DNA of 55,468 nt. Origin: Bacteroidaceae bacterium. Its GTDB lineage: Bacteria; Bacteroidota; Bacteroidia; Bacteroidales; Bacteroidaceae. The stretch is from assembly GCA_045578665.1 (NCBI GenBank), contig JAZNKR010000181.1, positions 1-55,468 of the forward strand, read 5' to 3'. The notes beneath the pieces were generated by a model that saw only the letters and a program-made list of their open reading frames with translations, was not told where the DNA came from and did not search any database. Made by a program: the position numbers and the translations under genes. Each line of letters begins with the position of its first letter. The stretch's first letter is position 1. Positions 40,401 to 48,101 of the stretch are shown here, in pieces.

Positions 40401-42135
40401 CTTCGAGGATGGATACCATGCGGTCCGAGTATTCCAATGTGCTCGACGAAGGCATGGTCAGGGTCATGTTCACTCTGTCGGCATTGACCGGTTTGCTGCT
40501 GTCGGTGTTCGTCGAAAGGACAATCATCCACATGGCAATAAGTACCACCACGCAGCCTGTTATGCAGATTGCGGGCTTGCGGAGGCTGGTCTTCAGAAGC
40601 ACGGTGTATATCTGCAAGGGACGCTGGTTGATGGAGAGTTTCTCGTGGAATACACTCTTTCCCTTGTTATTCTTCAGCATCACATAGGTAGACATGGGGA
40701 TGAACAGCAATGCCACTGTGAGCGAGAATAGCAACGTCGCTATGATGGAGATGCCTATGTGCTCTCCTATGAGACGTATGAACACCTCCTCGGAAAAGAG
40801 GAAGGGCAAAAAGACGGTGATGGTTGTGAGCGTAGATGCAAGGATAGACTTCCACACCTCGCGCGTTCCCTGCGTAACTGCCTGTTCGGCACTCTTTCCG
40901 TGTGTAAAGAGACGGTATATATTCTCGAGAACGACTATACTGTTGTCGAGCAACATACCTATTGCAAGAGCCATACCTACAAGGGTGAGGCTGTTGATGG
41001 ATATGTTGTAGTAGTAGAAGAGGTTGAATGCCGCCATTATGGATATGGGCATCGAGAGCGCGATGAAGAACACAAGATGTATGTTGCGCAGGAAGAACCA
41101 TAGCACCACTACAGCAAGCAAGGCACCGCTTATACCCAACTCCACAATCTGGTCGATGTTCTTCTCTATCTCATCGGCAGAATTGGACTGAATGACAAGC
41201 TCTATTTCCTGCGAAAGGAACTCCCGGTTGAGTGCTTCGAGACGCTTTTTCGTCCTGTCCGAAAGTTCCAGGATATTTACCTGCGCGTCGTTGACGAGGG
41301 CTACGGATATCGCCTCCATTCCATTCACGCGGCTCAGCGTGGTTTCGTCCTTGAGGTCGAAGAATATTTCGGCTACGTCCTTAAGGTATATAGGTCCGGG
41401 AGCCACTATCACATTCTCTATCTCGGAGATGTGGTCGTAGTTGGCATCGAGATGGACATAGTAGCGCAAATCGGGGGCATTTATATAGCCGAGGAATGTG
41501 CGTTCCTGGTTGTACTGTCCCAAGATGTCCCTTATGCGCGATGGGGTAAGTTTCAGCGCAGAAAGGGCTTCTTCGTTGAAGCGTATCTCTATGGCCTTTT
41601 CGCGTCCGCCATATACATTCACAGCCGCAACACCGTCGATATTCTCGAGTTGCGGTTTTATATCCTTGTCGACAAGCGCACGCAATCTGTCAACTCCTCC
41701 GGTGCCACGCACCTGCAGGGTCATGAAGTTGTTGTTCACTCCATTGATGTTTGCCCTCTCTATGTTCACTGTGAAGCCATCGGGCAATGAGGGAAGGACA
41801 CTGTTCACCCTCTCCTGCAATTTAAGGGTGGTATATTTAAGATTCATCCCTTTCTTGAAGTTGACGCGAATCTCGCCCTGCCTGTTCCTTGCGGTAGCCT
41901 CCATGTTCTCCACTCCTTCGATGGTGCTGATGACACCCTCGAGCGGAATGACAGCCTGCGACTCCATGTATGCCGGTGTTACGTCCCTGTCAGATGATAT
42001 GTGTATGAACAGCATCGGCAACTCTGCATTGGGCAGAATCTCTACCTTCAGTTGTTTATAGGAGACATATCCCAAGAGGGAGATGGCTATAAACAGCATA
42101 CATATGGTTATCTTGCGTTTTATTATGAAATTCAT
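37444..42135 (-). CDS. RND (AcrB-like) efflux permease fused to extra TM helices and a C-terminal ABC ATP-binding domain
   Basis: 1,563-aa uninterrupted ORF. The RND part is aa 1-~1035. The ABC NBD motifs are GPNGAGKST, FSGGMKQR, ILVVDEPTAGLD and STHI at aa 1310-1467. Confidence 0.85.
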   Translation of the reverse strand: MNFIIKRKITICMLFIAISLLGYVSYKQLKVEILPNAELPMLFIHISSDRDVTPAYMESQAVIPLEGVISTIEGVENMEATARNRQGEIRVNFKKGMNLKYTTLKLQERVNSVLPSLPDGFTVNIERANINGVNNNFMTLQVRGTGGVDRLRALVDKDIKPQLENIDGVAAVNVYGGREKAIEIRFNEEALSALKLTPSRIRDILGQYNQERTFLGYINAPDLRYYVHLDANYDHISEIENVIVAPGPIYLKDVAEIFFDLKDETTLSRVNGMEAISVALVNDAQVNILELSDRTKKRLEALNREFLSQEIELVIQSNSADEIEKNIDQIVELGISGALLAVVVLWFFLRNIHLVFFIALSMPISIMAAFNLFYYYNISINSLTLVGMALAIGMLLDNSIVVLENIYRLFTHGKSAEQAVTQGTREVWKSILASTLTTITVFLPFLFSEEVFIRLIGEHIGISIIATLLFSLTVALLFIPMSTYVMLKNNKGKSVFHEKLSINQRPLQIYTVLLKTSLRKPAICITGCVVVLIAMWMIVLSTNTDSSKPVNADRVNMTLTMPSSSTLEYSDRMVSILEEKLDSFPEKKEVICRIQEDAASITLVLKDDYYKNSGRKISTIVEELNKLMQLPNVDIRISTGSSNSGQSSAASTMNRFMRVLGVGDNSERIVIKGSDFDMMDIIADNIRYNLREMDFVAWNWATNPGRRNEIHLVFDPILLASYNITRQNITNGLSSLNKEMTTNSYLKLNNDEFAIVIKEDLSEEEEKKQKKIQKTVEDLRRVMIPDANGGLHELQQLASIKYTRDISSIRRVNRDREITIFYGITQSEDLPKDVLNGYRDEIDQLIASYNVPSGIAIETQRTEESLSEFNFLIIASLILIFMILASVFESVSTPFVLLFTIPLAAIGSLLGLFITGNSLMNANTMTGFLILLGVVVNNGIILIDYSNILRKRGYNRNRALITSGYSRLRPILITTATTVIAMLPMAMGDADYAGAIGAPFAVTVIGGLTFSALLTLILIPTVYLSLENILKWYRSLSRPMHLLHLVIYLFGVFYIYFYVSGVFMQLLYVMALTVLIPGCTYFIKTSMRMADKKIIDENEPIVIEIRNLVKIYDWSNKFTRQWESGIKLRKRLGLHSEFHHLKDFVSVLWQVVIYLFLLYMVTCYLENKFWIIMLSFAVCAGFYDLWKKVREYLKYNTTRYKGVVNLVHKVVSLLLPLITLMIISDGIDNIPATIVIGLLWALGIAVKVTSDYLYAHRINVERLTGRFAETRRSLFIAIKSIPIIGKRRTPFMALRGVSFKIKTGMFGLLGPNGAGKSTMMRIITGILEQSYGTVWINGLNTNEYREELQSLIGFLPQEFGMYESMTSWEFLDYQAMLKGITDPIVRKERLEYVLKAVHMYERKDHKIGSFSGGMKQRIGIALILLHLPRILVVDEPTAGLDPRERIRFRNLLVELSRDRIVIFSTHIIEDIASSCNQVAVINRGELKYYGDPLDMTKFAENKVWVFDIEPEKFDTLDEKLIVNNMMNGDKIRVRYISREKPCENAERVEENLEDAYLCLLKNL

Positions 42136-42163
42136 CTGTCCGTTTTTTGTAGCTGTTTATGCT

Positions 42164-45100
42164 TTATTTCTTGAACGAGGCTTTCATCTGTTCAAAAAGG
42201 GAATATACACAGGGGATTACGATGAGACTCAACAGCGTGGAGGTTACAAGACCACCTATTACGGCTATCGCCATGGGTGCACGCAACGATGCTCCGTCGC
42301 CGAAGGCTATTGCCATGGGCAGAAGCGAGAGTATGGTAGTGATGCTTGTCATGAGGATTGGTCTGATACGCTGCTGTGCAGCCTCTACTATAGCCTCTGT
42401 CAGCGGCATTCCTCCGTCCTTCAGCTGGTTGATTCGGTCGACAAGTATAATGGAGCTGTTCACGGCAATACCCGACAGCATGATTACACCTATGACTCCC
42501 ATGATGTTGATTGTTGTTCCCGTAACGAAGAAGAGCAATATGGCGCCTACCAGCGCAAGAGGTATTGTCAGCAGGATGGTAAAGGGATGGAGCAACGACT
42601 CGAACTGTGATGCCATGACCATATACACAAGCACTACAGAGAGTATGAGCGCGAAGATGAGTCCTCCCATCGACTCCTGACGTTTCTCCTCCTCACCGGT
42701 GATGTCTATCGAATAGTTTGCCGGCAGATCTATCGCTTCGAGGGTTGTGCGGATATTCTCAGAGACCTTGCTCAGGGAATATCCCTCCTCGAGGTTGGCT
42801 GTAACCTTGGCGATACGGCTCTGGTTGCGGCGGAATATCTCCTTCGGAGCCACGTCGCGACGGATGTCGGCAAGCTCGGCGAGACGGAACTGCTTGGCAT
42901 CGCTTGTGATGACAATGTCGTTGAGCTGCGACAAAGGAATCTCGGGCACTTTTATCATGATGTCGCGCATCTCGCCCTTGTAGTCCATCTGTCCGGCACT
43001 CTTTCCGGAGAGCTGTTCCTGTATCTGAGTTACTATGGTAGTTACGTTAAGATTGTTCATTCCTGCCAACGCACGGTTTACGGTTATGACAATCTCGGGC
43101 GCACCATCCTCTATGGAATTGCTCAAATTGTAGATACCGGGAACACCTTTTGCAAGTTCGTTCACCTGTGCCGTAATGTCTGCTATCTCGTCGAGCTCTT
43201 CTCCCTTGATTTCTATTACCACAGGGGCATCTTCACTTCCTAAGAGTGCACCCATCGAGTTGCGGTCCTGCATAAAGGAGAGTTCGAGGCCTTCGATGTC
43301 TGTGGTGTTGGCAAACAGCTCTTCCATCAACTCTTCGGGAGTATATTGCGATTCGGGCGAAAGTATCACCTTCAACGATGCTGTGTTGTCGCCCGAGAAG
43401 ATGTTGCTTCCCGAACTGTAGCCCGGACCTATGTGGCTGTATATGGTACATAGCGAATCCTTGGTGATGGAGTATATGAGGTTCTCGATGGATTCCACTG
43501 TTGAAGCTGTGCGTTCGAGACGTGTTCCCTCCTGCATCTTCACCTCTATACTGAATGAGTTGTTCTCGGCTTTAGGCATGAATTCGGCACCTATAAAGGG
43601 AAGCAGACAATATGTACCGCATACAAGAAGCACGGAGAGACCTACTACAAGCCAGCGTCTCCGGAGAATTGCACGCAACATATTGGAGTAGCCTTCTATT
43701 CTTATGGATGACTCCTCCCGGGCAGCCTGTGTCTTCTTTGTCTCCTTTTTGTTGCGGAACATCCTTTCGTAGAGAGTGGGGATTACCAGAATGGCGACAA
43801 AGAGTGACGATACAAGCGAGAATGTTACCGTCCATGCCTGGTCTTTGAAAAGCTCACCCGAGACACCGTGCAGGTATACGATGGGCAGGAACACCACAAT
43901 GGTCGTAAGTGTAGAAGCCGTTACCGCTCCACCGACTTCGCTCGCTCCTTGCACTACTGCATCCTTTACGGAGAGTCCCTTTTCCTGATTTCTGAAAATG
44001 CTCTCGATAACCACAATGGCATTGTCGACAAGCATACCTGCTCCCAATGCAAGACCTCCCAATGTCATTATGTTCAGTGTAAGGTCGTTGAAGAACATCA
44101 GATTGAAGGTGGCTATGATGGATATCGGCATTGCCAACGATATGACAAGTGTTACCTTCAAACGGCGCAGGAAGAGGTAGAGCACTATCACCGCAAGCAG
44201 GATACCCAGCACTGCACTGTCCTTAACCTCGCCGATTGCGCTGTTGATGAATGTTCCCTGGTTGCTTACCACATCGAACTTGTAGCCGGGCAACGCCTTC
44301 TCAATCTCGGCGAAACGCTTCACCACTCCTTCGACTGTCTTTACCGTATTGTGCTGCATCTCTTTGTAGACCGACAAGCCTATACATCGTTTGCCGTTTA
44401 TGCGCACGATATTTTCGGGGCGCTCATTCTCGAAAGAGATCTCTGCAAGGTCCTTCAGATAGATGGGAGCGCGGTCGTCTCCTGCAGCAGCCTGAGCGGT
44501 TGCTGTACCCGTTGCCGATGCCTCTGTCTTTTTATAGCTTACGATGATATTGCCAAAATCCTCTTCGCTCTTAAGGATATTGACACCGCTTACAATGTAC
44601 TGTGTTCCCATCTCGGTAACACGACCTCCCGAAAGGCGTTGGTTCTCCTCTGTAATCTGGCGGCTTATGGCATCCATTGTCAGGTTATACGCTGCCAGTT
44701 TGTAAGGGTCGGTCTTGATGACAAGATTGCTTACTTCACCACCCGTCAGGGTAACATCGGCAACTCCCTCCACGCGGATGAGTTCGTTGCGGATATATGA
44801 GTCGGCAATCTTGCGCAACTCTGCCATATTGGTGAAATAGTCGTGCGACATGCCGACGAGAACAATCGGATCGGTATTGGGATTGTTCTGGGTTATTTCG
44901 AGTTTGGTCAGTTTTTCGTCCTGCACAAAAGAGTTCATCGCCTTTTGCAGGTCGAGGAAAGCCTCGTCCATATCCTTGTTCCAGGCATACTCTACTGTAA
45001 TTTGTGCCGAGCCCGCCTTGATGACTGAAGATACGGTGGTGACGTCGCGCTGACGTATAGCCATCGACTCCATCCTCTTCACGAAGAGTTTCTCTATCTC

Positions 45101-45274
45101 TTCGGGCGGTCTCTCGCCTGCTGTTATATCGACATAGAGCTTGGGATTATTAAGCTCGGGCAACAGGTCGACACTGAGTTTGTCGTATGATATTTTGCCC
45201 AGCAACATTATACCCAGCACTGCCATGAGTATGGTAACCGGGTTGTTGACGGCGAATTGTATTAGTTTTTTCAT
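42164..45274 (-). CDS. RND (AcrB/HAE-like) efflux permease
   Basis: 1,036 aa. 12-TM RND layout with two large periplasmic loops. TM4 motif GAGMLVDNAIVVIESI. Confidence 0.9.
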   Translation of the reverse strand: MKKLIQFAVNNPVTILMAVLGIMLLGKISYDKLSVDLLPELNNPKLYVDITAGERPPEEIEKLFVKRMESMAIRQRDVTTVSSVIKAGSAQITVEYAWNKDMDEAFLDLQKAMNSFVQDEKLTKLEITQNNPNTDPIVLVGMSHDYFTNMAELRKIADSYIRNELIRVEGVADVTLTGGEVSNLVIKTDPYKLAAYNLTMDAISRQITEENQRLSGGRVTEMGTQYIVSGVNILKSEEDFGNIIVSYKKTEASATGTATAQAAAGDDRAPIYLKDLAEISFENERPENIVRINGKRCIGLSVYKEMQHNTVKTVEGVVKRFAEIEKALPGYKFDVVSNQGTFINSAIGEVKDSAVLGILLAVIVLYLFLRRLKVTLVISLAMPISIIATFNLMFFNDLTLNIMTLGGLALGAGMLVDNAIVVIESIFRNQEKGLSVKDAVVQGASEVGGAVTASTLTTIVVFLPIVYLHGVSGELFKDQAWTVTFSLVSSLFVAILVIPTLYERMFRNKKETKKTQAAREESSIRIEGYSNMLRAILRRRWLVVGLSVLLVCGTYCLLPFIGAEFMPKAENNSFSIEVKMQEGTRLERTASTVESIENLIYSITKDSLCTIYSHIGPGYSSGSNIFSGDNTASLKVILSPESQYTPEELMEELFANTTDIEGLELSFMQDRNSMGALLGSEDAPVVIEIKGEELDEIADITAQVNELAKGVPGIYNLSNSIEDGAPEIVITVNRALAGMNNLNVTTIVTQIQEQLSGKSAGQMDYKGEMRDIMIKVPEIPLSQLNDIVITSDAKQFRLAELADIRRDVAPKEIFRRNQSRIAKVTANLEEGYSLSKVSENIRTTLEAIDLPANYSIDITGEEEKRQESMGGLIFALILSVVLVYMVMASQFESLLHPFTILLTIPLALVGAILLFFVTGTTINIMGVIGVIMLSGIAVNSSIILVDRINQLKDGGMPLTEAIVEAAQQRIRPILMTSITTILSLLPMAIAFGDGASLRAPMAIAVIGGLVTSTLLSLIVIPCVYSLFEQMKASFKK

Positions 45275-45296
45275 TATTCAAATTTTAAGCAGCTTC

Positions 45297-46355
45297 CTAC
45301 TTCTGAATTTTTACCTTGCTGTTGTCGCGCAATGTCTCATATCCTCTGGTTATGAGCTGGTCCTCGACCTTGAGTCCGCGCAACACCTCAACATTGTCAT
45401 TGTCCTCTATGCCGATGTGTATGTCGCGGACTTTTGCAAAGCCCTTTTCAACGATATAGACATATTTGCGGTTGCGGTTGCTCATCACAATCTCTTTAGG
45501 AATGACGATTGCGTTCTCTGCCTTCTTCACTACAATATCTGCCTTGACGAACATTCCGGGACGCAGTTTCATCTTTTCGTTGTCGATGATGAGTTTGCCC
45601 TTGAAAGTGCGTGTTTCGGGGCTCACGGCAGGAGAGAGTTCGCTTACGGTAGCCTTGATTGTGTCGCCGGGAAGTGTGTAGTGCGTGATGAAGACATTCT
45701 GTCCTGTCTTCACTTCGTTTATTGCACTCTCGGGGAGGTTTATCTCCATCACCATCTTGGAGTAGCTCATGATTGAGACGATGGATGTTCCCGATGCGAG
45801 CTGCACCGATGATGTGTAGTGGGGAAGATTGACGATTACACCTGAGAATGGTGCCTTGATGCTCATCTTCTCGAGATTCAGTTTACCATTCTCGTAGCTG
45901 TATTTTGCATTGGTGATTGCTACCTCGGCATTTCTCAGTTCGCGAAGTGTAACACCGCCTTTCTCGCGGAGAGCTCTGGTGTTTGCCTCCTCCTGCTCGG
46001 CAATCTCAAGACTCAGTTTCTTGGAGTCTATGGCTATATCGTTCTCGTATTCCCGGTTTTCGAGCTTTACGATGACTTCACCTGCCATCACCTTGTCGCC
46101 AAGTTTGTAAGGGGCTCCTGTGCGAGGGTTCCTTTGCAATTTGTACTTGCCGGCAACCTCCGATTTCAGTTCCACCTCCGAGAAAGAGAGGGCTGTTCCC
46201 GATGTGCTGTTGTATTTGCTTATCGAACGTTTGGTCACCTCGGTTACCGATACCGGTGAGGCCAATTCTGTTGAACCTTCCTGTCTCTGTTTGTTGCAAG
46301 CTGTCAGTACAATGGATGATACAGCCATCAATGCTATAATTTTATTTATCTTCAT
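45297..46355 (-). CDS. RND periplasmic adaptor (membrane fusion protein), lipoprotein
   Basis: 352 aa. Lipobox LTAC, then lipoyl/barrel-sandwich and beta-barrel segments. Confidence 0.88.
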   Translation of the reverse strand: MKINKIIALMAVSSIVLTACNKQRQEGSTELASPVSVTEVTKRSISKYNSTSGTALSFSEVELKSEVAGKYKLQRNPRTGAPYKLGDKVMAGEVIVKLENREYENDIAIDSKKLSLEIAEQEEANTRALREKGGVTLRELRNAEVAITNAKYSYENGKLNLEKMSIKAPFSGVIVNLPHYTSSVQLASGTSIVSIMSYSKMVMEINLPESAINEVKTGQNVFITHYTLPGDTIKATVSELSPAVSPETRTFKGKLIIDNEKMKLRPGMFVKADIVVKKAENAIVIPKEIVMSNRNRKYVYIVEKGFAKVRDIHIGIEDNDNVEVLRGLKVEDQLITRGYETLRDNSKVKIQK

Positions 46356-46397
46356 AGTATTCTTGTATTTGTAATCTTTATTCTATTCTCTATATGT

Positions 46398-47924
46398 TTA
46401 TTTCTCTTCTGCGGGAACAAGGTTCATCGGCAGGATGGGCTTGTTGTTCTCGAAATCGTAGAGTGTCAATATCTTCATATTGAGCAGCTCTTTCTTGTAA
46501 TCTATGATGGTAGATACGTATGACATCTTCTTGTTTGACAGCTGGGTCTGGAACTGGTTCATCTCCATACCTGTGAGCTCGCCATTGCGGTATCTCTCTG
46601 CATTGAGGTCGTATGTAAGCTGTGCGTTCTCAACGCTTTTCTTTGCTATTGAAATCTGTGTGAGCAGGTTGGTGAGACTGCGATAGCTCTTTCTTATGGC
46701 TATCTCTATAGCCTTGCGCTCTTCGTCGGTGTCGAGGTTGTGCATCTCTATGGCTATCTCCTGTGCCTTTATGCGGGCCTTTCTTTCGCCCCAGTCGAAA
46801 ATGGGCACGTTGAACGAGAGCGATACGCGGGGATTGTTTGTCGGTGTCCTGTATATGTCGCCGAGTCTTTCGTTGTCGCCGGTGATACCTATCGACATGG
46901 AGAGCTCGCCGTTAAAACTGTTGGACTCCTTTATCTGCTTCATCTGCAAATCGAGCTCGGTACGGGAGATTTCGCGTTGCTTGAGTTCGAGACGCGAGCT
47001 CATGGCATTTGTTATTGCCTTGCCAAGATCGACCGTTACCGGGTCTGCCGTCACCTGGGCTATTATCTCTATGTCGGTGTCGAGGCTGATGCCGAGAATC
47101 TTCTTGAAATCGTCCTTGGCATTTTCGAGTGCCACAATGCGATTGTCCACTGTGCTGCGCGCTGTTGCGAGGTTGAGCTCCGCCTGATAGAGTTCGTCCC
47201 TTGTAGAGAGGTCGGCATCGACCTTGTTCTTTATTACATTGAAGTTTGCCTCTGCATCCTTCAGTTCCGCCTTGCTTATTTCGAGGTTGTTCTGCGCTAT
47301 GTAGACGCTGTAGAACTGGTTGGTTATTGAGTTTTCGAGGTTCAGACGCTGGAGGGCGTAGTTGATGAGCGCATTCTCGTAATCGAGCTCTATGCTCTTG
47401 AGGTCGAACTTTATCTGGTTGTAGCGGAAAAGCGGCTGCGAGATGCTCAGATAGAGGTCGTTGCTGTATGCGCTGTTGTCGTTGTCAACACCACCGGTTA
47501 TGCTCGACTTGTTGTTCTGCCATCCGAAACGGTTGTTCAGCGAAACGGTTGCTCCTGTCCAGATGATGGGCTGCGATATACTGAATGTTCCCGAACTCGA
47601 GAAAGATTCGTTGGTATACCACTCGGAGAGACGGTTCTCGAAATAGCGGTTACGGTTGTACGTTACGGGGTTGAGCGTCAACGAGAACCTCGACTTGAGC
47701 GAAGCTCTCTGTGCATTGAGGCTGAATCGGTATCGCCTGAGGTTCATCAACGCATTCTTTAGTGCGGGACTGTTCTCGACGCTGTAGCTGAGGGCATCGT
47801 CCAATGTCATGCTTATCTGGGCACTGGCATCTATGCTGAGGAAGCATAGAATCGACACAATCCACATCAATTTGGTTTTTAGTCGTAGCATATCTGTATG
47901 GCTTTTCTGTTTAGGTCGTTCCAT
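46398..47924 (-). CDS. TolC-family outer-membrane efflux protein
   Basis: 508-aa ORF. The real start is possibly Met12 (MLRLKTKLMWIVSILCFLSIDASA signal peptide, nt 47891). Two OEP repeats. Confidence 0.85.
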   Translation of the reverse strand: MERPKQKSHTDMLRLKTKLMWIVSILCFLSIDASAQISMTLDDALSYSVENSPALKNALMNLRRYRFSLNAQRASLKSRFSLTLNPVTYNRNRYFENRLSEWYTNESFSSSGTFSISQPIIWTGATVSLNNRFGWQNNKSSITGGVDNDNSAYSNDLYLSISQPLFRYNQIKFDLKSIELDYENALINYALQRLNLENSITNQFYSVYIAQNNLEISKAELKDAEANFNVIKNKVDADLSTRDELYQAELNLATARSTVDNRIVALENAKDDFKKILGISLDTDIEIIAQVTADPVTVDLGKAITNAMSSRLELKQREISRTELDLQMKQIKESNSFNGELSMSIGITGDNERLGDIYRTPTNNPRVSLSFNVPIFDWGERKARIKAQEIAIEMHNLDTDEERKAIEIAIRKSYRSLTNLLTQISIAKKSVENAQLTYDLNAERYRNGELTGMEMNQFQTQLSNKKMSYVSTIIDYKKELLNMKILTLYDFENNKPILPMNLVPAEEK

Positions 47925-48101
47925 TCAATTAGTAAACTATATCTCTTTGCCGGGTATATTCTGTTTTGGTTGTCATTTGTTTCATTCCAGTATTTTCTTC
48001 ATTCTTACTCAGTTGCTGCCAAAGGTTGTATCGTCGTAAAAACGAACAGGAGTCTCGAAACTAATTCAAAATCACTTCATCCAAATTTATAGAACTACCC
48101 T

